Below, one piece after another: positions 8,989 through 17,611 of a stretch of DNA of 64,000 bases. Position numbers and translations under genes: made by a program. Source of the stretch: Candidatus Termititenax aidoneus (GTDB taxonomy: Bacteria; Margulisbacteria; Termititenacia; Termititenacales; Termititenacaceae); assembly GCA_003864455.1 (NCBI GenBank), contig BGZN01000001.1, positions 49,677 to 113,676 on the forward strand, in the 5' to 3' direction. Positions within the stretch are counted from its first letter, which is position 1. Each line of letters begins with the position of its first letter. Under the pieces are notes generated by a model. The model saw nothing but the letters and a program-made list of their open reading frames with translations. It was not told the DNA's origin and made no database searches.

Positions 8989-9893
8989 GGCATTCCTTGT
9001 CGTTTCAAAAGATTTTTTAGTTTTTTTAGGACTTTGATTTGGATCTGCCGAGTCCGTTCTTTGGTAATAGAAAACTCCCGGCCAACATCGTCTAAAGATT
9101 GTTTGTGCCCGCTATTCAGCCCAAAACGGGCGCTGATAACATTGCGTTCTCGTTCGGAAAAAGTATCCTCCTTTAGCAGTTGTTGGATAAACATCCGGTC
9201 GACCAGCCGATCTTCAAAAAGTTCTGCGCCGGAAGTTTTTAGATAATCTACCAAAGTTGTTTTCTCCTCATCGTCCAGCGGCGCATCTAAAGAAACCAAC
9301 TGTTGCAGCCGCCCAGCATTTCTAGCAACCCGAACTACTACGGGAGAAATACCCAGGTATTTTGCGTAATCCTCGTCAGTCCAGCGGCGCTGATAATCCT
9401 GCTCGGCAACTCCCGCTGCATTTTGTAATTTATAAATACGCTTCAGGACATGTTCGGGCAGGCGTATAGATCCGTACGTTCCATTGATAATAGCCCTTGT
9501 TATCCGGGGAATTATGCAGCTTAAAGCATAAGTTGAAAATCGACAACCTTTGCGATAATCAAAATTTTCCGCCGCGTGCAGCAGGCCAAGATTGCCTTCC
9601 TGAATCAAATCCATAAGTTGAGCAGTTTTTACAGTTTTAGGGAAATGTTTGTAAATGATAGTAACAACTAAAAACAAATTGGCCTTAACCAACTCCTGTT
9701 TAGCTTCTTCTTTAGCTTGTAGCGCCTGCGGGGTAGCGTTTGGTTTTTTCCCCTCCAAGATTGCGGCGTCCAACTGCTGCTCTTGTTCCTGAGTTAATAA
9801 TGGATGCCTCCGGGCCTCGCGCAGATACAAGATTAATATATTCTCTGTTCGTTCCGCGCCGCTGCTCAATTTTTTTATATTCAAACTCCGCAT
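8985..9893 (-). CDS. Sigma-70 family sigma factor, divergent paralog
   Basis: Region 2 ([29 protein letters not shown]) and region 4 HTH (SLDDVGREFSITKERTRQIQ). The region 2.3/2.4 segment is atypical (LSCIIPRITRAI instead of [11 protein letters not shown]). Confidence 0.8.
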   Translation of the reverse strand: MRSLNIKKLSSGAERTENILILYLREARRHPLLTQEQEQQLDAAILEGKKPNATPQALQAKEEAKQELVKANLFLVVTIIYKHFPKTVKTAQLMDLIQEGNLGLLHAAENFDYRKGCRFSTYALSCIIPRITRAIINGTYGSIRLPEHVLKRIYKLQNAAGVAEQDYQRRWTDEDYAKYLGISPVVVRVARNAGRLQQLVSLDAPLDDEEKTTLVDYLKTSGAELFEDRLVDRMFIQQLLKEDTFSERERNVISARFGLNSGHKQSLDDVGREFSITKERTRQIQIKVLKKLKNLLKRQGMP

Positions 9894-9928
9894 ATATCAC
9901 TCTTTTGCTATTTTTATTCTGCCTCAAG

Positions 9929-9967
9929 TCCACCGCCTGGCAGTGGGAACAAAAACGCAGTTATTAA
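9929..9967 (+). repeat. Relic second copy of the galE 3' end (last 12 codons plus stop)
   Basis: tccaccgcctggcagtgggaacaaaaacgcagttattaa versus galE 8950-8988 gccacggcgtggcagtgggaaaaacaccgccgttactaa. 31/39 nt identical, same length. Encodes STAWQWEQKRSY* versus ATAWQWEKHRRY*. Confidence 0.75.
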
Positions 9968-10977
9968 CTGTTGTTTTCGACATAATCACGCACTCTATTT
10001 ACAAATTTGGACGCGCGCAGTTTACGCAGCGCCTTAATCTCTATGTGGCGAACATTTTCACTGCTGCAATCAAAATATTCGCCTATTTCCTTCAGAGTGT
10101 GCTGTCCTTTGCCGTTCAAACCGAAACGCCATTCTATAACTTTTCTTTGTTTGTCAGACAATTCGTTTAAATATTTATGAATATTCTCCGTAAAGTCTAT
10201 ACTCAGAATTGCTTCCTCCGGCCGAACATACACTTCGTCCGGCAGCGAATCATTGAGATCAAATGAGCCACCTTCTTGAGAAGTATATATTGTCGCGTCC
10301 AGAGAAGTACAGGTTTGGTTTAATAACTGGGTGAGCTCCTGCACTTTTTCCAGTGTCCAATCAAGATATTCTGCCAGCTCTATCTCCGTAGGTTCATGCC
10401 CCAAAGACATCGCTAATACATTCTGCACCGTAAAGAAACGCTGAAGTGAAGCACCTTTCTGCACCGGAATGCGTATCAGCCTGCCTTTATATGCCAGAGC
10501 TTTTGATATAGCCTGACGTATCCACCAGCCAGCATAAGTGGCAAAATGGCAATTTCTTTTATAATCAAAACGCATGGCCGCCTCAAACAAACCGATATTG
10601 CCTTCAGAAATAAGATCAGGCAATTCCAGGCCCTTGTTACAGTATCTTTTGGCAATGTTAATCACCAGGCGCAAATTGGCCTGCACAAATTTATTGCGTA
10701 TTTTTTCTATATCTTGCCTGATAATTTGCTTGGCGGAAATATAGCCTGGGTCCTGACAGCGTGCAATTTTCCTGGCCAATTTCCGGCTCTTTTGCTGAAG
10801 CTCTGAAAGTGTCTTACCCAAAGCATGCTCTTCTTCAGGAGTTAAAAGAGCATAACGCGCCATTTCTTTGAAATAAAGCTTTAGCGTATCACAGTCCAAG
10901 ACATCATCTTTTTCACGCGAAGATTCGCCGCGCTTTGGCTTTGGAGTATTTTTAGCTATAAGTTTGCAGCGCAGCAT
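9964..10977 (-). CDS. Sigma-70 family sigma factor (RpoD-like paralog)
   Basis: Region 1.2/2 (LYFKEMARYALLTPEEE, DLISEGNIGLFEAAMRFDYKRNCHFATYAGWWIRQAISKA), regions 3 and 4 (TLKEIGEYFDCSSENVRHIEIKALRKLR). Confidence 0.85.
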   Translation of the reverse strand: MLRCKLIAKNTPKPKRGESSREKDDVLDCDTLKLYFKEMARYALLTPEEEHALGKTLSELQQKSRKLARKIARCQDPGYISAKQIIRQDIEKIRNKFVQANLRLVINIAKRYCNKGLELPDLISEGNIGLFEAAMRFDYKRNCHFATYAGWWIRQAISKALAYKGRLIRIPVQKGASLQRFFTVQNVLAMSLGHEPTEIELAEYLDWTLEKVQELTQLLNQTCTSLDATIYTSQEGGSFDLNDSLPDEVYVRPEEAILSIDFTENIHKYLNELSDKQRKVIEWRFGLNGKGQHTLKEIGEYFDCSSENVRHIEIKALRKLRASKFVNRVRDYVENNS

Positions 10978-11040
10978 AGGTCTTACGGCTCAAACGTCTT
11001 GATAGTTTTGATTGACGTTTTATCCATAACTCTTCCACCT

Positions 11041-12363
11041 CTAATTCAGGTATTCTAAGAGCCTCTGATTACGCGAAGGGTGGCGCAATTTTTTGAGCGC
11101 CTTGGCCTCGATTTGCCGGATGCGCTCGCGGGTAACATTGTAGACCTTGCCGACCTCCTCCAGCGTGCGCGGCCGCTCGTCGTCCATACCAAAACGCAGA
11201 CGCAGCACCATGCTTTCCCGTTCGGTCAGAGTTTTCAACGCGGCGTTCATTTCCTCGCGCAGCATACGGCTGCCGACATGTTCGTCCATATCAAGATTAG
11301 AGCCTTCCTCTACAAAATCGCCCAGCCGCGAGCTGTCCTCGTCGCCCACCGGCATTTCCAGCGAGAGAGGCACTTGCGCGACTTTGACGATCTCGCGCAC
11401 TTTGTCGATCGGTATGCCGGAATGTTTGGCCAGCTCTTCGTCGGTCGGCTTGCGCGAAAATTTTTGCAGCAGCGAGCGGGAAACTTTGCGGATCTTATTG
11501 ATCGTCTCGACCATGTGTACCGGTATACGGATCGTGCGCGCTTGATCGGCGATCGCGCGGGTAATCGCCTGGCGGATCCACCAGGTCGCGTAAGTCGAAA
11601 ATTTAAAGCCTTTGCGGTGGTCAAATTTTTCTACCGCGCGGATCAAACCCAGATTACCCTCTTGAATTAAATCCAAAAACTGCATGCCGCGGCCGGTGTA
11701 TTTTTTAGCAATGCTCACGACCAGACGCAGATTGGAAGTCGCCAGCGAACGCTTGGCCTCTTCGCTGCCCTGCCGGATTTTCTTGGCCAGCTCCTGTTCT
11801 TCGGCAAAAGTCAACAGATTGATCATGCCGATCTCGCGCAAATACATGCGCACCGCGTCGTCCACGCCGGCCGATTCGCTTTTTTTGAGCAGAGAGGAGA
11901 GCGGTTTTTTCAACTCGATTTTGCCGGCGGCAGTTTCGATATTGGGCGACTGATCGACGATCAGATCATCGTCATGCGCCGGAGGCAGGACATCTTCAGA
12001 TTCTTCCAGCGCTTCGATATCGTCGTTGAGGATTTCCACGCCTTGATTGGCGAAATCCTCGGTGATCATCATCGCTTCTTCGGGATCGTCAAAAACATTT
12101 AAAATATCATCCGGCGTCAAGCCGTTTTTGGACTTAGCTTTTTGCTCCAGCAGTTTGCGTTTGGATTCGTAATCGTCTTTTTTCTTGATGTTTTCCGGCG
12201 CCGCGGTCAAGACAATATTTTCCGCGAGGTCCCGCAGAGTCTTTTTGCTGACGGCAACAACCTGGTTTTTTTCCTTTTTCACCGGTTTAACCGCCTGAAC
12301 TTTTTTTGCCGGCTTTTTAGCCGCCGGTTTTTTAATTATTTTTTTTGTTTGTTTTTTGGTCAT
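11041..12363 (-). CDS. rpoD: Primary sigma factor RpoD
   Basis: [94 protein letters not shown]. Directly downstream of dnaG. Confidence 0.95.
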   Translation of the reverse strand: MTKKQTKKIIKKPAAKKPAKKVQAVKPVKKEKNQVVAVSKKTLRDLAENIVLTAAPENIKKKDDYESKRKLLEQKAKSKNGLTPDDILNVFDDPEEAMMITEDFANQGVEILNDDIEALEESEDVLPPAHDDDLIVDQSPNIETAAGKIELKKPLSSLLKKSESAGVDDAVRMYLREIGMINLLTFAEEQELAKKIRQGSEEAKRSLATSNLRLVVSIAKKYTGRGMQFLDLIQEGNLGLIRAVEKFDHRKGFKFSTYATWWIRQAITRAIADQARTIRIPVHMVETINKIRKVSRSLLQKFSRKPTDEELAKHSGIPIDKVREIVKVAQVPLSLEMPVGDEDSSRLGDFVEEGSNLDMDEHVGSRMLREEMNAALKTLTERESMVLRLRFGMDDERPRTLEEVGKVYNVTRERIRQIEAKALKKLRHPSRNQRLLEYLN

Positions 12364-12379
12364 TGCCTGCCAACACTTC

Positions 12380-14080
12380 CTATCGTAATTGCTGCAACTG
12401 CTGCAGCAACTCTGCGGCTTTTAATTCGTCGCCAGCCGCTTCCGCCGCCGCTAATTCGCCGCGTAATTTTTGTTTGGTTTCGTTCATTTTTTTCTGCTCC
12501 AATACTTTGAAGCATTCTGCCCCGCTGATCCTCTCCTGCCCAACCAGAGCGCGGCTGATCAATTCTTTGATCTCCGCCAGTTCCGGTTTGTCCTCCAGAT
12601 CTTCCAGCAATCTATCGTCAACAAAATCATTTTGTTGCAAATATTTTAAAGCCGGCCGCCAGTTTTCCGCCAAATCCTCCGGCCGAAACCTCGCAAAAAA
12701 CTGTCCGCGCAATTCCCTGTCGCTGAGCAAAGCGGCAAACAAGCCTTCCTCGGCCTTGGCATACTTATCTTTCGGCGCGGGCGGCACATATTTTTTAGGG
12801 ACATACCCGAAACTCGGCATTTTACGCTCGTTTTGATTTTCGCGCAATATCTCAGCGCCGATGCCCGTCTGCTGGCTCAACCATTTGAGATACTCACTGG
12901 CCAGCACGCGGTCCGGCAGCGCGTCGAGCACCTGCAGTCCCTCGCGCGCGGCCTGCGCTTTTTGCAAACGGTCCTGCAAATCATATTTGCGCAAAACACG
13001 CGTCAATTTGTACTGCACAAAATCCCCGGCGCTGTCGATGGCCTGTTTTAAACTTTCCGCGCCGTGTTTTTGGATCATCTCGTCGGGATCTTTGACCGGA
13101 ATATCCAGAATCCGCGTCTGAAAATTCAGGGCGGTCAGCACCTCGATAGTTTTATCCGTGGCGTTGAGGCCGGCCTCGTCTTTGTCATAGGCAATCACCA
13201 CATTTTTGCTGTATTTGCCCAGCAGTCTGGCCTGATCCGCGGTAAAAGCCGTACCCAAACTGGCCACCGCGTTGCTAAAACCGGCGGCATGACAGGCCAC
13301 CACGTCCATCTGCCCTTCGACCAGCACCGCCTTGTTCTGCTCGGTTATGGCTTTTTTGGCCAAATGCAGGCCGTAAAGATTGTGCCCTTTGAAAAAAATC
13401 GGCGTCTCCGGCGAATTGACATATTTGGCAGCATCTTCCTGTTCGACAATACGTCCACTGAAAGCCAGCGTTTTGCCCTGCGCGTTTTTGATCGGGAACA
13501 TCAGGCGTTTGTGAAAACGGTCGAGATATTCGCCGTTGTCCCGCCGCACGGCCAATCCAGCCGCGGCGATTTTTTCCGGCGCAAACTGGTTTTGCAAATG
13601 CGCCAGCAAACCGGTCCAGCCTTCCGGCGCATAGCCCAGGCCAAAAAGCTGCGCCGTCTCGCGGGTCAGGCGGCGGGCGTGCAGATAATTTTGCGCGCGG
13701 TCGCTGCGCCAGAGCTGCTCCTGAAAAAATTTTTCCGCCGCTTCATTGATTTGGTACAAAATTTTGTTCTGCTCGTAATGCTCGCCCTGCACTTCGGCGA
13801 TAGTTACGCCGCATTGTTCGCCGAGTAAACGCACCGCCTGCACAAAATCGATATGCTCGACCTCGCGGATAAAAGAAAAAACATTGCCGCTTTTGCCGCA
13901 GCCAAAACAGCGGAAAATCCCCTTGTCTTTGGAGACGGCAAACGACGGAGTTTTTTCTTTGTGAAACGGGCACAAGCCCCAAAAATTATTGCCCTTTTGC
14001 TTCAGCGGCACATAGCGGCCAATCACAGTTACAATATCGCTTTTGAGTTTTATTTCTTCGATAGTTTTTGGGTCGATCAT
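12380..14080 (-). CDS. dnaG: DNA primase
   Basis: Zinc-ribbon [11 protein letters not shown]...[19 protein letters not shown] ([17 protein letters not shown]). Classic dnaG-rpoD order. Confidence 0.95.
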   Translation of the reverse strand: MIDPKTIEEIKLKSDIVTVIGRYVPLKQKGNNFWGLCPFHKEKTPSFAVSKDKGIFRCFGCGKSGNVFSFIREVEHIDFVQAVRLLGEQCGVTIAEVQGEHYEQNKILYQINEAAEKFFQEQLWRSDRAQNYLHARRLTRETAQLFGLGYAPEGWTGLLAHLQNQFAPEKIAAAGLAVRRDNGEYLDRFHKRLMFPIKNAQGKTLAFSGRIVEQEDAAKYVNSPETPIFFKGHNLYGLHLAKKAITEQNKAVLVEGQMDVVACHAAGFSNAVASLGTAFTADQARLLGKYSKNVVIAYDKDEAGLNATDKTIEVLTALNFQTRILDIPVKDPDEMIQKHGAESLKQAIDSAGDFVQYKLTRVLRKYDLQDRLQKAQAAREGLQVLDALPDRVLASEYLKWLSQQTGIGAEILRENQNERKMPSFGYVPKKYVPPAPKDKYAKAEEGLFAALLSDRELRGQFFARFRPEDLAENWRPALKYLQQNDFVDDRLLEDLEDKPELAEIKELISRALVGQERISGAECFKVLEQKKMNETKQKLRGELAAAEAAGDELKAAELLQQLQQLR

Positions 14081-14111
14081 GGGGGCGTGTATTATAACAC
14101 GCTTTTTTAGC

Positions 14112-14126
14112 TATAATTGGCCAATG
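14112..14126 (+). promoter_or_regulatory. TATAAT -10 box 6 nt upstream of the mpg ATG (candidate leaderless transcript)
   Basis: TATAAT at 14112-14117, tggcca, ATG at 14124. No Shine-Dalgarno between them. Confidence 0.4.
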
Positions 14127-14678
14127 CTTTTGCGCCAAAATTTTTTTGAGCGGCCGACTATTGACCTGGCCAAAGCTTTGCTCGGCAAATATCTCGTCTA
14201 CGGCCGGTTGTGGGGCAAAATCGTAGAGACCGAAGCCTATCTGTACCGCGGCGATCCGGGCTGCCACGCGCACAAAGGGCTGACGCCGCGCAACGCGCCG
14301 ATGTTCGGGCCGGCCGGCCGCACTTATGTTTACTTCATTTATGGAATGTATCATTGTTTGAATATTGTCAGCGGCCGGACTGGTGAAGGCGAGGCCGTTC
14401 TGATCCGCGCGCTGGAGCCGGTCAAGGGTCTGGAGATCATGCAGGAAAACCGCCGCACGCCAAAAATCGAAAATCTTTGCAGCGGCCCGGGCAAATTGAC
14501 GCAGGCTTTTGGCCTCACCAAAAAACACAATAATTTGAGTTTACAAAAAGGCCCTTTGCATGTTTATGACAGTAAAGAAAAACCCGTCATTCTAACTTCC
14601 ACACGCATAGGCTTGAACGCAGGTAAAGAATTACCCTTGCGGTTTTTTATTCAGGGGAATACTTTTGTTTCAAAGTAA
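14124..14678 (+). CDS. DNA-3-methyladenine glycosylase (AAG/Mpg family)
   Basis: FFERPTIDLAKALLGKYLV, VETEAYLYRGDPGCHA, GPAGRTYVYFIYGMYHCLNIV. Start trimmed to ATG 14124 so it does not overlap dnaG. Confidence 0.85.
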   Translation: MLLRQNFFERPTIDLAKALLGKYLVYGRLWGKIVETEAYLYRGDPGCHAHKGLTPRNAPMFGPAGRTYVYFIYGMYHCLNIVSGRTGEGEAVLIRALEPVKGLEIMQENRRTPKIENLCSGPGKLTQAFGLTKKHNNLSLQKGPLHVYDSKEKPVILTSTRIGLNAGKELPLRFFIQGNTFVSK

Positions 14679-14690
14679 CTTAAAAGCATA

Positions 14691-14942
14691 TCAATATCCT
14701 TTTCCTCTCGCAAAAATATCAACAATAATAATCTCTTTTTCCTTAACATCGAAAACCACTCGATAATCTCCGACGCGCAAACGACACAACCCTTTATACT
14801 CGCCCTGCAACGTCTTAATATTTGGCATGTTATTATTAAGATTTTTTAGCAGTTCCATTTTTCGTTTGATTAAAGTTTTGTATGGTTCGGAAATTTTTTT
14901 AAAAGACTTAACTGCTCTGTCTTGAATATGCAGTTGGTACAT
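14691..14942 (-). CDS. relE: RelE/ParE-superfamily toxin
   Basis: MYQLHIQDRAVKSFKKI ... LRVGDYRVVFDVKEKEIIIVDIFARGKGY, the typical RelE/StbE C-terminus. Start trimmed to ATG 14942, 1 nt after the upstream gene's stop. Confidence 0.8.
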   Translation of the reverse strand: MYQLHIQDRAVKSFKKISEPYKTLIKRKMELLKNLNNNMPNIKTLQGEYKGLCRLRVGDYRVVFDVKEKEIIIVDIFARGKGY

Positions 14943-14943
14943 T

Positions 14944-15156
14944 TTAGAGATTGGCTTTGATTGTATCCCAGACAAACATTTTACCGGGCTTTTTGCGGTA
15001 CTGCTCAATCGCTGCCTGCTCATCTGGATATGGATATTCGCTTTCTACATCTTTCATAAAATTAAGATAACTAATAAAAGTTATCACCTGCTCCACCGCA
15101 GAGTCTGGCAGACGGGTTAAATATTTTTCGATGGTTTTTATTTTAGTCTTCTGCAT
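14944..15156 (-). CDS. Putative cognate antitoxin, 70 aa
   Basis: Small acidic ORF immediately upstream of the RelE-like gene, with AGGAG upstream. Family not recognised. Confidence 0.55.
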   Translation of the reverse strand: MQKTKIKTIEKYLTRLPDSAVEQVITFISYLNFMKDVESEYPYPDEQAAIEQYRKKPGKMFVWDTIKANL

Positions 15157-15345
15157 AGTTATTCTCCTAAAAAATCAGGTTTTTATTATACCACACTTAT
15201 TTTGTCCCATAGAGTCATACCCTGCTTTCAAAATCAACAGCAAAATTCGATGCATTTCACAGGTATACTTTATCGATAAGTGGGTAATTACTGTTTTGTC
15301 AGTAGATGATTTTTGAGGAAGTAAAAATATTTGTTTATGCTTACG

Positions 15346-15550
15346 CGCGGCAAATATCTTTACCTGCGCTCGGCGGCTGAGCTTCGGACGGTGAGCCTGG
15401 GACGGTGAGCCTGGGACGGTGAGCCTGTCGAACCGCCGAACCGTCAAAGCCATCGAAAAACGGTCATTTCGACATCTCGACTTCGCTCGATGACCACAGG
15501 CTCAATGACCGAGTAGGTTACGTTCGCTACGGGCAAAGATATTTGCCGCG
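15346..15550. repeat. GC-rich palindromic element with terminal inverted repeats and an internal 3x14-bp tandem repeat
   Basis: Left arm cgcggcaaatatctttacc (15346-15364) pairs with right arm gggcaaagatatttgccgcg (15531-15550), 17/19. gacggtgagcctgg occurs 3 times at 15387-15428. Contains the reverse complement of TTCGACAGGCTCA, also found at 38578-38590. Confidence 0.7.
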
Positions 15551-15584
15551 CTATTTGTCAAAAACAAAAAAACGGAGTTTTGTC

Positions 15585-15644
15585 ATGAAAAAGTTTTTAA
15601 ATTTAATATCTGTTAATAATTGCCCCCCCCCATTTTTGGCGTAG
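15585..15644 (+). CDS. Candidate 19-codon upstream ORF MKKFLNLISVNNCPPPFLA
   Basis: ATG at 15585 with GGAG 8 nt upstream. Contains the C9 tract encoding Pro-Pro-Pro. Lies 118 nt upstream of the repeat-protein gene. Coding status unproven. Confidence 0.25.
   Translation: MKKFLNLISVNNCPPPFLA
15623..15631 (+). repeat. Homopolymeric C9 tract
   Basis: tg-ccccccccc-attttt, counted directly. Confidence 0.95.
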
Positions 15645-15761
15645 GTACGCTGAAAAGCTAAGTTTTCTCCACTCTCTATTTTCTCCTAATGAACATCAAT
15701 CGTTGAACGCCGCTTTTGCGGTCGATTAAAGTTTGGTGTTTAAAAAATTAGGAGGGTTTTT

Positions 15762-17372
15762 ATGTTAATACAGAACATCAATCAGTCTATCAGTTTTACA
15801 AATGTTAGGAGAAACGGGGATCAACGAACATTAAGCAATATTGATTTAGGCGACGGAAAACATACATTAAGTTTTGACAAATTTTTTAAAGCAGACGGGC
15901 AAGGCAACAGACATATAACTATAGATAACACACCAGTTCCAATCCAGGACGCAGGAAAAGATGCCAACGGATACACTTTTGAACACAATGGCAAAATTTT
16001 TGTAATCGGAGCAGACAATCAGAAAGGCAATTGGATAGTAAGCGAATTAACCAAAAACGACGGAAGCGAGTTTTATACTCTGTCGGATACAGCTAAAACA
16101 ATAGTTGGACAGGAAGCATTTGCCGAAAATTCCTCAGCGCGCGGTACAGCGGTTACTAGAGCCACTTATACTGGAGATAACCCTTTTGTCATAAGACCAA
16201 ATATTACGCAGATAAGCTCACTCAAAGCCGTAGAGGATGACGTCACCATAGCTGACGGAGAAGATGACGCCACCATAGCTGACGGAGAAGATGACACCAC
16301 CATAGCTGACGGAGAAGATGACACCACCATAGCTGACGGAGAAGATGACGCCACCATAGCTGACGGAGAAGATGACGCCACCATAGCTGACGGAGAAGAT
16401 GACACCACCATAGCTGACGGAGAAGATGACGCCACCATAGCTGACGGAGAAGATGACACCACCATAGCTGATGGAGAAGATGACGCCACCATAGCTGACG
16501 GAGAAGATGACACCACCATAGCGGATGGCGAAGCCGGAAAGACTGTAATAAGTAATAGTCTTATTGTCGAAAACAATTTCGGCAGAGAAGGCGTTGGCAC
16601 AAGAGAAATCAAAGTTCTGACAAAGTTTAACCTGGCAACAGAGGCGGCTAGAAGCGAGGACGGAAAAAAATATACTACACTTGATATAACAGCAAAAACT
16701 TTAGCCAATTTCACTGAAAAGGCCAGCGCCGGAGACATCGAGCAGCTTTGTGATGTCGCCAGACGTAATGGCTTTATGGATGAGTTGGTGCGTATAGGCG
16801 GAGAAAGTTTCATAAGTAAACTAACCCCCACACAAGCCCATGCTGCCTACATAGCCGCCATTGATCGGGCGAATCCTAGTCAAGGTTTACAAAATATATT
16901 CCCGACAGAAATTAAAGAAAGTATTGAATCAAGAATTACTCGTAATCAGGCAACGAGTATACAACAAATTATAAGTGCAAGAAACGCTGACCTCGCCGCT
17001 GACCAAACAAAAATCGAGGGAAGCTTTCGTATGGCTACCACTACTATTACTAATCATACAACTTTTATCAATTTAACTGGGCTGGACACTGTAACCGATA
17101 GCAACATAGGAATCAAATCTGTGCCGTATAAAATTACTGCTCAAGGAGGACTGCCGCCCAGCGAAGTTATTATAAACGAAACTCCAGTTACGGTAATATC
17201 AGTTGTCAAAAACGGTAAAACATCCTGCACCATCGACTTAAATGGAAAAACACTTCTATTAACTTATAAAAGTGGAAAATGGGCTATAAGTGATCCAGAA
17301 ATTAGCGGTACTGTTTTAGGAGCTGTCACATCACTCACCGACAAGGATATAGAAGTCAATATTCAGGGTTAA
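15762..17372 (+). CDS. Hypothetical acidic protein with about 11 tandem IADGEDD(A/T)T octapeptides
   Basis: GGAGG 7 nt upstream of the ATG. No signal peptide seen. N- and C-terminal regions share a pattern (I.N/ETPV ... NGK ... G.W.xSE/D). Confidence 0.8.
   Translation: MLIQNINQSISFTNVRRNGDQRTLSNIDLGDGKHTLSFDKFFKADGQGNRHITIDNTPVPIQDAGKDANGYTFEHNGKIFVIGADNQKGNWIVSELTKNDGSEFYTLSDTAKTIVGQEAFAENSSARGTAVTRATYTGDNPFVIRPNITQISSLKAVEDDVTIADGEDDATIADGEDDTTIADGEDDTTIADGEDDATIADGEDDATIADGEDDTTIADGEDDATIADGEDDTTIADGEDDATIADGEDDTTIADGEAGKTVISNSLIVENNFGREGVGTREIKVLTKFNLATEAARSEDGKKYTTLDITAKTLANFTEKASAGDIEQLCDVARRNGFMDELVRIGGESFISKLTPTQAHAAYIAAIDRANPSQGLQNIFPTEIKESIESRITRNQATSIQQIISARNADLAADQTKIEGSFRMATTTITNHTTFINLTGLDTVTDSNIGIKSVPYKITAQGGLPPSEVIINETPVTVISVVKNGKTSCTIDLNGKTLLLTYKSGKWAISDPEISGTVLGAVTSLTDKDIEVNIQG
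16233..16531 (+). repeat. 24-bp in-frame tandem repeat array, about 12 copies
   Basis: Unit gaagatgac(g/a)ccaccatagctgacgga repeated head to tail. Copies differ almost only at one G/A position (Ala/Thr). Confidence 0.95.
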
Positions 17373-17485
17373 GCCATATTTAGGGCAAAACGGTGCAAAC
17401 CAGTCACTACGCCGATATGGGATTGGATTCTATCACCGGCACTTACGCAAATTTGCGGCTCTGGTTTTAGATTACGCCGAGGAAT

Positions 17486-17538
17486 CAGCCTATTTCAACG
17501 CCGCATGCGCCGCGGCCAGTATAGCCAGAGGCACGCGG
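17486..17538. repeat. Relic second copy of the ppdK 3' end (53 bp)
   Basis: 52/53 identical to 18256-18308, which holds the last 16 ppdK codons, the stop and flank. The single mismatch (17514 g versus 18284 a) is synonymous in the ppdK frame. Confidence 0.9.
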
Positions 17539-17611
17539 ATTTACCGCTGTCCGATTGCGCTATTGGTTTACAATTCGGCAGAATGTTATAATATAAGCAA
17601 AAGGAGTATTC

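Noticed and set aside
15174-15212. A possible third stranded gene-end copy: similarity of atcaggtttttattataccacacttattttgtcccatag to the mpg 3' end (14637-14678), just beyond the RelE cassette
   Set aside because: Only about 56% identity (22/39). The similarity is dominated by T-runs, and the segment also contains the cassette's extended -10 (TGGTATAAT on the minus strand). The position is suggestive, but the evidence is too weak to group it with the ppdK and galE cases.
15585-15764. C-tract frameshifting that would fuse the upstream ORF to the repeat-protein ORF
   Set aside because: The upstream ORF is already in the same frame as the main ORF but is closed by TAG at 15642-15644. The +1 and -1 tract variants terminate at about 15636 and 15727 in other frames, so no fusion product is possible.
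16233-16531. The 24-bp tandem array as a possible CRISPR array
   Set aside because: The repeats are directly abutting with no spacers. They are in frame within a 536-aa ORF, and no cas genes are present.
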